Assembly (NCBI GenBank): GCA_031441465.1
Contig: JANOEP010000009.1
Coordinates: 122,149-186,148 of the forward strand
DNA length: 64,000 nt
From: a bacterium
Lineage (GTDB): Bacteria; Krumholzibacteriota; Krumholzibacteriia; LZORAL124-64-63
Direction: 5' to 3'
Both the position numbers and the translations under genes were made by a program. The notes below the pieces were generated by a model, which searched no databases, was not told the origin of the DNA, and saw only the letters and a program-made list of their open reading frames with translations. Below are positions 20,001 to 27,588 of this stretch, one piece after another (position 1 is the first letter of the stretch; the number at the start of each line of letters is the position of its first letter).

Positions 20001-20142
20001 CTTCCTGACGTCGATCCTGCTGCCGGCCACCGCGACGCTGTCCGAGGACGCGTTCGCGTTCCTGGGCGGCCTGCCCCGGCGGCTGCGGGCGCGCCGGCGG
20101 GCGGCCGCCGTTCCCGGGTCCGCCGACGTCGATACCCGCTAG
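17050..20142 (+). CDS. RND efflux permease subunit 2
   Basis: ATG 17050 after GGAGGAG; GMLVDNAVVV, GIVVNNGI, RLRPIVMT. Confidence 0.92.
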   Translation: MTLPEIAIKRPVAMMMLLVSIVLMGAVALLRLPLAFMPDIEEPELFVQLPYESASPEQVERMIVRPVEDALGSVKGLQSLWSSCDGDGGRIRLGFDWGADLHLARTEVWERIDRIRGDLPEDMGDILVSTSWDSRESDIPVMEGRLSSPRDLSESYDLLERKIIRPLERVPGVAQVRLDGVNPREVRINLRLADLEAHGVDVRDVSRTLRSGNFDQSLGKIVEGDARWTLRTVGTLADVEQIRDLPLRADGLRLSDVADVVYQEPPLEYGRHLDGDFAIGVSVSQESRANTVEVCDALEAAIARMGDDPELEGVNFLIWFSQGQEIRKTLGDLTATGVFGAILASVVLFVFLRRLSTTVVAVLCIPFSLIVTCGVIWAQGKSLNTLTLLGLIVGVGMLVDNAVVVMENIFRHRELGEDPETASREGAREVSNAVTAATLASVIVFIPLIFNKPSEMNVYLKELAITVCLALLASLFISQTLIPLATARYIRSQPRPRGRWMTGVERGYESLLRLNLRRRWLAPVIGLAVIASAVYPFRHIEMNFDASQAELFVQVNYDYSEELSLEGKEALVTQVEQFLEPHRAELTARSIYSFWSDDWSMTRVYLEEGEADAANIARVRGVLRGLLPEIAGVKLDVQEEHQGWRQGGGRRVAFQIVGEDTEVLMQLADEAVQRVAAVPGLLDVGSRDQAAQQELHIEPDRELVARYAVSPAQVADVVGLTYRGRRLPRFRTESGEREMRLTLEEQKTESLSQLSNLPLVTAGGEKVPLAAVAAFVQKPGRERIERDNRRTSVWVGARFEEGNSDRYLPQVTAAMEGMSFPYGYSWTFGSWQERRQEQSQEFLTNLLLALLLVFAVMAGLFESARQALALMVSLPFAAAGAVWTLHLTGTDFDQPAAVGLLLLIGIVVNNGIVMIEHINHYRRRGMDRTEAMVLGGRERLRPIVMTALTTLLGLLPMAIQKPSLGGVYYYSMALVIMGGLLVSTFLTSILLPATATLSEDAFAFLGGLPRRLRARRRAAAVPGSADVDTR

Positions 20143-20170
20143 ACCGGTTCCCGAACAGGAGGAGATCCGC

Positions 20171-23100
20171 ATGAGACAACTGCCGCTCGCGCTGCTGTGC
20201 TGCGCGGCCGTCACGGCGACCGCCGCCGTCGCCGCCGCCGAGGAAACGCGCCTGTTGCGCCAGCCCGCCGTCTCCGCGACGCACGTGGCCTTCGTCCACG
20301 CCGGCGACGTGTGGCTCGCCGATCGCGACGGCGGCGAGGCCCGGCGGCTGACCACCTTCGGCGGCATCGAAAGCGCGCCGATGTTCTCGCCCGACGGGAA
20401 GCAGGTCGCATTCACCGGGAAGTACGACGGCAATCTCGACGTCTACTCGGTCGGGATCGAGGGCGGCGAGCCGCGGCGGCTGACCTGGCACCCGGGCGAC
20501 GACGTCGTGCGCGGCTGGACCCCCGACGGCTCGCGCATCCTGTTCGCCTCGGGCCGCGAGACGGTCCCGCGGCAACAGCCGAAGCTGTGGACCATCGGCC
20601 TGCGGGGCGGCCTGCCCGAGGCGCTGCCGCTGCCCCGCGCGACCGCGGGCGCGTACTCCCCCGACGGCAAGCGGCTGGCCTACCAGCTGGTCGAGCCCTG
20701 GGAAGCAGAGTGGCGCAACTACCGCGGCGGGCAGGCGCAGCCGATCCGCGTCGTCGACCTCGCGACGCTCGCCGTGACGAAGCTGCCCTGGGACGGCAGC
20801 AACGACCTCCGCCCGGTCTGGCTCGACGGCACGATCTTCTTCCTGAGCGACCGCGACCTGGCCATGAACGTCTGGGCGTACGACGTCGCCGCCGGCACGC
20901 TCGGCCAGCGGACGCATTTCACGGAATTCGACTGCAAGAATCTCGGCGGCGGCGCCGGCCGCCTCGTCTTCGAGAACGGCGGCCGGCTCTACACGCTGGA
21001 CGCCGCCGGCGGCGAACCCCGGCCCGTGCCGGTCACCCTGAACGGCGACTTCCCCGGGGCGCGACCCCACTGGGAGGACGTCGCGAAGCTGATCACCGAC
21101 ATGGCGCTGTCCCCCGCGGGCAAGCGCGTGGCCTTCGCGGCGCGCGGCGAGATCTTCACCGTGCCGGCCGAGAAGGGCGACATCCGCAACCTCACCAACA
21201 GCCCGGGCGCCGCCGACCGCGCCCCGGCCTGGTCCCCCGACGGCCGCCTGCTCTCCTGGTTCTCCGACGAGAGCGGCGAGTACCAGCTGGTGATCGCGGA
21301 CCAGTTCGGCGGGAACCGCCGCTCGGTGCCGCTGCCCGACCCCACGTTCTATTACACGCCGCGCTGGTCCCCGGACTCGAAACACCTGGCCTACGGCGAC
21401 GCCGACCGCGTGCTGTGGGTCGTGGACGCGGCCTCCGGCAAGCCGACCCGGATCGACGACGAGGGGTTCGCCCATCCCGAGCGCCTCATCGCCCCGGTCT
21501 GGTCGCCCGACTCGCGCTGGATCGCCTACAGCAAGCGCCTGACCAGCCAGTTCAACGCCGTGTGCGTGTACTCTCTCGATACGGGCAAGTCGACCCGCGT
21601 CACCGACGGTTTGGCGGACGCCGTCTCGCCGGCCTGGGACGCCTCGGGCAAGTACCTCGCGTTCCTGGCCAGCACCGACTTCGGCCTGAACCTCGGCTGG
21701 CTGGACATGAGTTCCTACCACCAGCCGCTGAACCGCTCGCTCTACCTGGCGGTGCTGAGCAAGGACGAGCCTTCGCCCCTGAAGCCGCAGAGCGACGACG
21801 AAGAGCCGGCGGCCGCGGACGAGGGGAAGCAGGACCAGGACAAGAAGGACCAAGGCAAGAAGGACGAAGCGAAGAAGGACGACATCGTCGTCCGCATCGA
21901 CTTCGCCGGCCTCGACCAGCGGATCGTCGCGCTGGACGTGCCGCCCCGCAACTACGAGCGGCTGGTCGCGGGCGCCGCCGGCACGTTCTTCTACGCCGAA
22001 AACGTCCCGAACCAGCCGGGCCTGACCCTGCACGCCTACGACCTGGAGAAGCGCGAGACCAAGAAGCTGTGCGAGGGGATCCTCGCGTACCGGGTGTCGG
22101 CCGACGGCAAGTGGATCCTGCAGGCCAAGCCCGACGAGAAATTTCTGCTGACCGGCGCCGACGGCAAGGCCGAGGAGGGCAAGGGCAACCTCGACCTGAC
22201 CGGCCTGCGCATGAAGGTCGACCCCGCCGCGGAGTGGCGGCAGATCTTCCGCGAGGCCTGGCGCTTCCAGCGCGACTTCTTCTATGTCGAGAACGTCCAC
22301 GGTCTGGACCTGGACTGGGCCTACCGCGCCTACGCGCCCTGGGTCGAGCACGTGCGCCATCGCGACGACCTCACCTACGTGCTGGACATCCTCGGCGGCG
22401 AGACCTGCATCGGCCACTCGTTCACCGGCGGCGGCGACGAACCCGAAGTCGAGACCATCCCGGTCGGGCTGCTGGGCTGCGACTTCGCGATCGCGGACGG
22501 CCGCTACCGCCTCGCCCGGATCTACACGGGCGAGAACTGGAACCCGGGGCTGCGGTCGCCCCTGAGCGGCCCCGGCATCGACGCGCGCGCGGGCGACTAC
22601 CTGCTAGCGGTCGACGGCGTCGCGCTCACGACGGACATGAGCCCCTACAGCCTGTTCGACCGCAAGGCGGACCGCCAGACGGTCCTGACGCTCAACGACA
22701 AGCCCGATCCGAAGGGTGCGCGCCAGGTGACCGTCGTGCCCGTCGCCGACGAGGAGCCGCTGCGCCAGCGGGTCTGGATCGAGGACAACCGCCGCCGCGT
22801 CGACGAGCTGTCCGGCGGCAAGCTGGCCTACGTCTGGATCCCGGACACGGGCGAGGAAGGCTACGCCGCGTTCCTACGGGGCTACTTCGCCCAGCAGGAC
22901 AAGCGGGGCGCCGTGGTCGACGAGCGCTTCAACGAGGGCGGCTCCATCGCCGACCTGATGGTCGACGTCATGAACCGCAAGCTGCTGGGCTTCTTCAACA
23001 ACCCGGTGGGGGACCGCCAGCCGTTCACCGCGCCCAACGCCGCCATCTGGGGCCCGAAGGTGCTGCTCGTCAACGAGATGTCCGGCTCGGGCGGCGACAT

Positions 23101-23437
23101 GCTGCCCTACATGTTCCGCAAGCTGGGCATCGGCCCCCTGGTGGGCACGCGCACCTGGGGCGGGCTGGTCGGCATCTGGGACGTGCCCGGCCTGATCGAC
23201 GGCGGCTTCATCACCGCCCCGCGCGGCGGCTTCTACGACACCGACGGGAAGTGGGCGGTCGAGGGCGAGGGCGTGGCCCCGGACGTCGTGGTCGAGCAGA
23301 CGCCCGCCGCGGCGCGCGAAGGCCGCGACCTGCAGCTCGAAGCGGGTGTCCGCGCGGCGCTCGACCTGCTGCCGGGCGCGGCCGTCGAGATCCTGCCGCA
23401 GCCGGCCGACCCGGTGCGGTCGCGGCGTCCGCGGTAG
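20171..23437 (+). CDS. tricorn protease homolog (S41), secreted
   Basis: Signal peptide; PD40 repeats; IGHS, DERFNEGG, SGSGGD catalytic motif, GTRTWGG. Confidence 0.92.
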   Translation: MRQLPLALLCCAAVTATAAVAAAEETRLLRQPAVSATHVAFVHAGDVWLADRDGGEARRLTTFGGIESAPMFSPDGKQVAFTGKYDGNLDVYSVGIEGGEPRRLTWHPGDDVVRGWTPDGSRILFASGRETVPRQQPKLWTIGLRGGLPEALPLPRATAGAYSPDGKRLAYQLVEPWEAEWRNYRGGQAQPIRVVDLATLAVTKLPWDGSNDLRPVWLDGTIFFLSDRDLAMNVWAYDVAAGTLGQRTHFTEFDCKNLGGGAGRLVFENGGRLYTLDAAGGEPRPVPVTLNGDFPGARPHWEDVAKLITDMALSPAGKRVAFAARGEIFTVPAEKGDIRNLTNSPGAADRAPAWSPDGRLLSWFSDESGEYQLVIADQFGGNRRSVPLPDPTFYYTPRWSPDSKHLAYGDADRVLWVVDAASGKPTRIDDEGFAHPERLIAPVWSPDSRWIAYSKRLTSQFNAVCVYSLDTGKSTRVTDGLADAVSPAWDASGKYLAFLASTDFGLNLGWLDMSSYHQPLNRSLYLAVLSKDEPSPLKPQSDDEEPAAADEGKQDQDKKDQGKKDEAKKDDIVVRIDFAGLDQRIVALDVPPRNYERLVAGAAGTFFYAENVPNQPGLTLHAYDLEKRETKKLCEGILAYRVSADGKWILQAKPDEKFLLTGADGKAEEGKGNLDLTGLRMKVDPAAEWRQIFREAWRFQRDFFYVENVHGLDLDWAYRAYAPWVEHVRHRDDLTYVLDILGGETCIGHSFTGGGDEPEVETIPVGLLGCDFAIADGRYRLARIYTGENWNPGLRSPLSGPGIDARAGDYLLAVDGVALTTDMSPYSLFDRKADRQTVLTLNDKPDPKGARQVTVVPVADEEPLRQRVWIEDNRRRVDELSGGKLAYVWIPDTGEEGYAAFLRGYFAQQDKRGAVVDERFNEGGSIADLMVDVMNRKLLGFFNNPVGDRQPFTAPNAAIWGPKVLLVNEMSGSGGDMLPYMFRKLGIGPLVGTRTWGGLVGIWDVPGLIDGGFITAPRGGFYDTDGKWAVEGEGVAPDVVVEQTPAAAREGRDLQLEAGVRAALDLLPGAAVEILPQPADPVRSRRPR

Positions 23438-23454
23438 CCGTCGCGGAGCGCAGG

Positions 23455-23493
23455 CGAAGGGCCCCGTCTCCGGCGGAGACGGGGCCCGCTTCG
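23455..23493. terminator. hairpin/terminator between convergent genes
   Basis: GGGCCCCGTCTCC-GGC-GGAGACGGGGCCC. Confidence 0.7.
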
Positions 23494-23506
23494 TCGCCGC
23501 AACCGT

Positions 23507-25438
23507 CTACAGCTCGATGTTCAGCAGCTTCGCCAATTCGGTGACGCCGCGGTCGAACTTCAGCAGCGCGGCCTCGATGGCGTCGGGCCGCGTCAGGTCC
23601 ACGCCCGCCTTCTTCAGCAGGTCCAGCGGCGGCTCGCTGCAACCGCCCCTGAGCATCTCGAGGTAGCCGTCGACCGCGGGCTGCCCGTCCGCCTTGACCT
23701 TCTCGGCGATGGCGATGCCGCAGCTCAGGCCCGTCGCGTAGCTGTAGACGTAGTACTTGTAGTAGAGGTGCGGGATGTAGGCCCACTCCAGGCCGTCGTC
23801 CTCGCCCAGGGTGTAGCCCGCGCCGTAGTAGCGCTGCACGAGGTCGCGGTAGGTCGCGTCCAGCAGCGACGCCGTGACCGGCGTGCCGACCTCGACGAAG
23901 CCGTGCACCCGGCGCTCGAACTCCGAGAACAGGGTCTGGCGGTAGATCGTGGTGCGGATGCCCTCTAGTTCGTCGACCAGCAGGCTCGCCCGCTCCCGCG
24001 GGTCGGCGGCGTGCGCGGCCAGGTAGTCCGACAGCAGCGCCTCGTTGCAGGTCGAGGCGATCTCGGCCAGGAACGGCACGTAGCGGGAGCTGTGGTAGGG
24101 CTGGCTCTCCATCGCGAGCCAGCTGTGCAGGGCGTGGCCGTACTCGTGCGCGAGGGTCGACAGGTCGTCCAGGCCGTCCTGGTAGTTCATCTTCACGTAC
24201 GGGTGGCGCCCGTAGACGTTGGCCGAGAAGGCCCCGCTCTCCTTGTCGTCGCTGGGGTAGAGGTCGATCCAGCCGTTGCGGGGATCCAGGCCCTCCATCA
24301 GCATCGCGACGTACCGCGGGCCCAGCGGCGCCAGGGCGGCCGGCAGGATCGCCAGGGCGTCGGTGAAGGGGACCTCCTTCTGCGCGGCCGCGGCCATCGG
24401 CACGTACAGGTCGTGCAGGCGCAGGTCGTCGAGGCCGAGCGCCTTGCGGCGCAGCTCCATGTAGCGGTGCAGGGGCGCGAGGTTGGCGTTCACCGCGGCG
24501 ATCAGGTTGTTGTGCACGGCGACCGGCAGGCCGTCCTTGTCCAGGTACGCCGCCAGCGCGGTGTCGTAGCCGCGGGCGCGCGCGTACATGACGTCCAGCT
24601 CGCACTGCCCGCCGAGCGTGGCGGCGAACACGTGCTGGAACTGCCGCAGCGTGGCCAGGAACGCCCCGACGGCCTCGGCGCGCACCGTGCGGTCGGGCGA
24701 GAGCCGGAAGCGCGAGTAGTTCGACAGCGTCAGCTGGACTTCCTTGCCCTCGGCGTCGTGGACGACGGGCCAGACGATGTCCGACAGCAGCGCCTGGAAG
24801 GACTCCTCCACGCTGCTGGTGATCTCGTTCAGGTCGATCTCGGCCCACAGGTTGTCGCCGGCCAGCTGCAGGACGCTTTCCGCCTGCGGGTCGAGCACCC
24901 GGTCGCGCCGCCGTCCCAGGTTGTCCAGGTAGCTGCGGTACGCGGCCGGCCCGTCCTCGGCGGCGTAGGCCTCGCGCAGCGTCGCTTCGTCCAGGGCCAG
25001 GGCTTCGGCCCGGATGAAGCCGGCGGCCGCGGTCAGCTCGTCCAGCAGGGCCAGGCCGCGCTGCGAGCGGGCCTGGGCCGTCTCGTCGGTCAGCGCGACG
25101 TCCAGCGCCAGGTTGGCGTACTGCTGCACGTGGCTGACGCGGTCGTGGAGCGAGAAGTACAGCGCCAGGCAGTCGCGCAGGGTCTTCGGGTCGGACAGGC
25201 GCCCCCGGTAGGCGGCCAAGCCGCCGATCTCCTTCTGGAGCGCCGTGCGCGCCGCCTCCCACGCCGCCTCCGACGGGAACAACGGCGTCAGGTCCCACTT
25301 GTAGACGTCGGGCACCAGGGCGCGCTGCGCGTTGGAGTCCGGGGTGTAGGCCGGCAGATCGGCGGCCGGCGCCGCCGCGGCGAGCAGGCCACCGGCGATC
25401 AGCACGACCGCGAAACGAAAACGGTTCATCGACAGCAT
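23507..25438 (-). CDS. pepF: oligoendopeptidase F (M3B) with signal peptide
   Basis: WDLTPLF, SGAFS, HEYGH zinc motif, AEIAST, W..IPH.Y..YYVY.YA. Confidence 0.9.
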   Translation of the reverse strand: MLSMNRFRFAVVLIAGGLLAAAAPAADLPAYTPDSNAQRALVPDVYKWDLTPLFPSEAAWEAARTALQKEIGGLAAYRGRLSDPKTLRDCLALYFSLHDRVSHVQQYANLALDVALTDETAQARSQRGLALLDELTAAAGFIRAEALALDEATLREAYAAEDGPAAYRSYLDNLGRRRDRVLDPQAESVLQLAGDNLWAEIDLNEITSSVEESFQALLSDIVWPVVHDAEGKEVQLTLSNYSRFRLSPDRTVRAEAVGAFLATLRQFQHVFAATLGGQCELDVMYARARGYDTALAAYLDKDGLPVAVHNNLIAAVNANLAPLHRYMELRRKALGLDDLRLHDLYVPMAAAAQKEVPFTDALAILPAALAPLGPRYVAMLMEGLDPRNGWIDLYPSDDKESGAFSANVYGRHPYVKMNYQDGLDDLSTLAHEYGHALHSWLAMESQPYHSSRYVPFLAEIASTCNEALLSDYLAAHAADPRERASLLVDELEGIRTTIYRQTLFSEFERRVHGFVEVGTPVTASLLDATYRDLVQRYYGAGYTLGEDDGLEWAYIPHLYYKYYVYSYATGLSCGIAIAEKVKADGQPAVDGYLEMLRGGCSEPPLDLLKKAGVDLTRPDAIEAALLKFDRGVTELAKLLNIEL

Positions 25439-25589
25439 GGGCGCCTCCTGGAGCGTTCACCGGCGAAAATCGCCGATTGCGTCCTGTACTGGACAACCTA
25501 TCATAGCCCCTGACCGCGGGCCAGTCCCGCTCAGTTCGCACCCGCGGGCCGGAAGTTGCAGCCATTCCCACAAGGACCGCTGTCCGCAC

Positions 25590-27428
25590 ATGAAATCCCG
25601 CCTGAAGCTGCCCGCCGACCTCGGCGCGACCTACACGCGCACGCTGCTGATCGTGCTGCTGAACCTGCCCCTGATCTGGGGCAGCCTGCTGTGGGATCTG
25701 CGCGGCGTCGACTTCTCGGCCCTGACGGCGGCCTACGCGGCCGCGGTGCTGGCGGGCTGGTACGTGCTGCCCCTGCTGGTGGTGCTGGGCGCGGTCTTCC
25801 TGCTGCCGCTGCGCCGGGCCGTCGCGCCGACGGTCGCGCTGCTCATGGCGGTGTACGTCTACTACCTGCTGCTGGACGCCGTGGCCTACGGAGTCATCCG
25901 GATCCACATCGACTTCTTCTGGCTGGAGTACCTGGTCCGGGACTTCGCAGGCCTCGGGCTGCCCGACTCGTCGGTGGCCACCGCGGTCGCGGCGCTCGCC
26001 GCCGTGCTGCTGCTGGAGTTCGGCATCCTGACCCTGTCGGGCCGCCTGCGGCCGCCGCGCCGGTTGGCGCCCGCGGTCTGGGCCGTCGCGGCGCTGGCGA
26101 TGACCGCCAGCCAGGTCCTGCACATCGTGGCCTATCAGGAGAACGACAGCCGCGTCACCGTGCTGACGCCCCACCTGCCCTTCTATGTCCCCTTCACCTC
26201 GCACCGCAACGCCGACAAGTACGGCGACCTGCTGCCCTTCGCGGTGGACGAGAACCTCGCCGTGATGGAGGAGTCGACCGCGTCGCTCAACTACCCGCTG
26301 GCCCCGCTGACCTTCGACCCGGCCGCGGCCCCGAGCCCGCCGAACCTCGTGGTGATCCTGCTGGAGAGCTGGCGTTACGACATGATGGACGCGGACGTGT
26401 CGCCGAACATCCACCGGCTGTCGCTGGAATCCTCGGTCTTCACGGACAACCTCAGCACGGGCAACCAGACCACCGCCGGCATCTTCGGCCTCTTCTACGG
26501 CCTGCACCCGACCTACTGGGCGGCGGTCAAGGCCAACAGCGCCCGCCTCGACAACCCCGTGCTCGTCGACGCCATGACCGACCGCGGCTACGCCTGCGCC
26601 CTCTACGCCCGCTCCAAGTTCGGGCGCCACAAGATCCAGGACACGATGTTCCGGGGTATTGCGCTGTACGAGGACTTCGCGGGCAAGAACGTCCCGGAGA
26701 TGGACGTCGACCTCACCGAGGGGTTCCTCGGCTTCCTGCGGCAGCAGGCGGCCCGCGGCGGCCCGTTCTTCGGCCTCGCCTTCTACAAGTCCTCCCACTA
26801 CGACTACTGCTACCCGCCCGAATACGAGATCGACCGGCCGTCCAAGAACATCAACATGGCGTTCATGAACGCCGGCACCGACCCGGCCCCGTACCTGAAC
26901 GACTACCGCAACGCCGTGCGCTACACCGACATGATGGTGGGACGGGTGCTCGACGAACTGCGGGCGCTCGACCTGCTCGACAAGACCATCGTCGTGGTGA
27001 CGACCGACCACGGCGAGGCCTTCAACGACGACGGCGCCAACTTCTGGGGCCACGGCACCAACTACACGAAGTACGAGGTGCAGGTGCCGCTGATCATCCG
27101 TTTTCCGGACCGCGCGCCCGCCGTCTACACGCACCGCACCTCGCACGTCGACCTCGCGCCGACGCTGCTGACCCGCTACTTCGGCTGCACGTCCGATCCG
27201 CGCACCTACTCGAACGGGCGCGACCTGTTCGACGCGACGGCGGCGCCGCGCGCCTACGTCGCCTCGAGCTACGTCAACCACGCCTTCATCTTCGGCGACG
27301 ACGTGCACGAGATCCTGCCGCTCTCGACCCGCAAGTACCGCTTCGGCGACGCCAAGGCCGCCGGCGACGACCCGCCGTCCGGACTGCTGCGGTCGGTGAT
27401 GGAAGAGATCAACCGGTTCTACAAATAA
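25590..27428 (+). CDS. membrane-anchored sulfatase-like protein, YejM/PbgA-like
   Basis: About five N-terminal TM segments; LESWR, STGN.T..GIFGLFYG, TTDHGE, WGHG, TSHVD. Confidence 0.8.
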   Translation: MKSRLKLPADLGATYTRTLLIVLLNLPLIWGSLLWDLRGVDFSALTAAYAAAVLAGWYVLPLLVVLGAVFLLPLRRAVAPTVALLMAVYVYYLLLDAVAYGVIRIHIDFFWLEYLVRDFAGLGLPDSSVATAVAALAAVLLLEFGILTLSGRLRPPRRLAPAVWAVAALAMTASQVLHIVAYQENDSRVTVLTPHLPFYVPFTSHRNADKYGDLLPFAVDENLAVMEESTASLNYPLAPLTFDPAAAPSPPNLVVILLESWRYDMMDADVSPNIHRLSLESSVFTDNLSTGNQTTAGIFGLFYGLHPTYWAAVKANSARLDNPVLVDAMTDRGYACALYARSKFGRHKIQDTMFRGIALYEDFAGKNVPEMDVDLTEGFLGFLRQQAARGGPFFGLAFYKSSHYDYCYPPEYEIDRPSKNINMAFMNAGTDPAPYLNDYRNAVRYTDMMVGRVLDELRALDLLDKTIVVVTTDHGEAFNDDGANFWGHGTNYTKYEVQVPLIIRFPDRAPAVYTHRTSHVDLAPTLLTRYFGCTSDPRTYSNGRDLFDATAAPRAYVASSYVNHAFIFGDDVHEILPLSTRKYRFGDAKAAGDDPPSGLLRSVMEEINRFYK

Positions 27429-27588
27429 CGGCGACGCACGTTATTTCGATCACACCACTTTTGGCCTCGCGCCTGCATCCCGGCCTCTGCTACACTTTGA
27501 ACGGTCGGTGACGCCGCCTTTTGCACGGGCGGCGTCCTGGAGGCCGGCCCCCTCGCACGCTCCTCACGTTTCACCGACAGGAGTGACG

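Noticed and set aside
13906..20142. 2078-aa ORF suggesting a giant fused RND
   Set aside because: The first half is an R/P/G-rich off-frame read of permease 1; the real gene starts at 17050 with its own RBS.
27462..27478. Sigma-54 promoter-like TGGC-N8-TGCA upstream of the S8 protease
   Set aside because: Only the GG/GC spacing matches; expected by chance at this GC, and a TGnTACACT extended -10 lies nearby.
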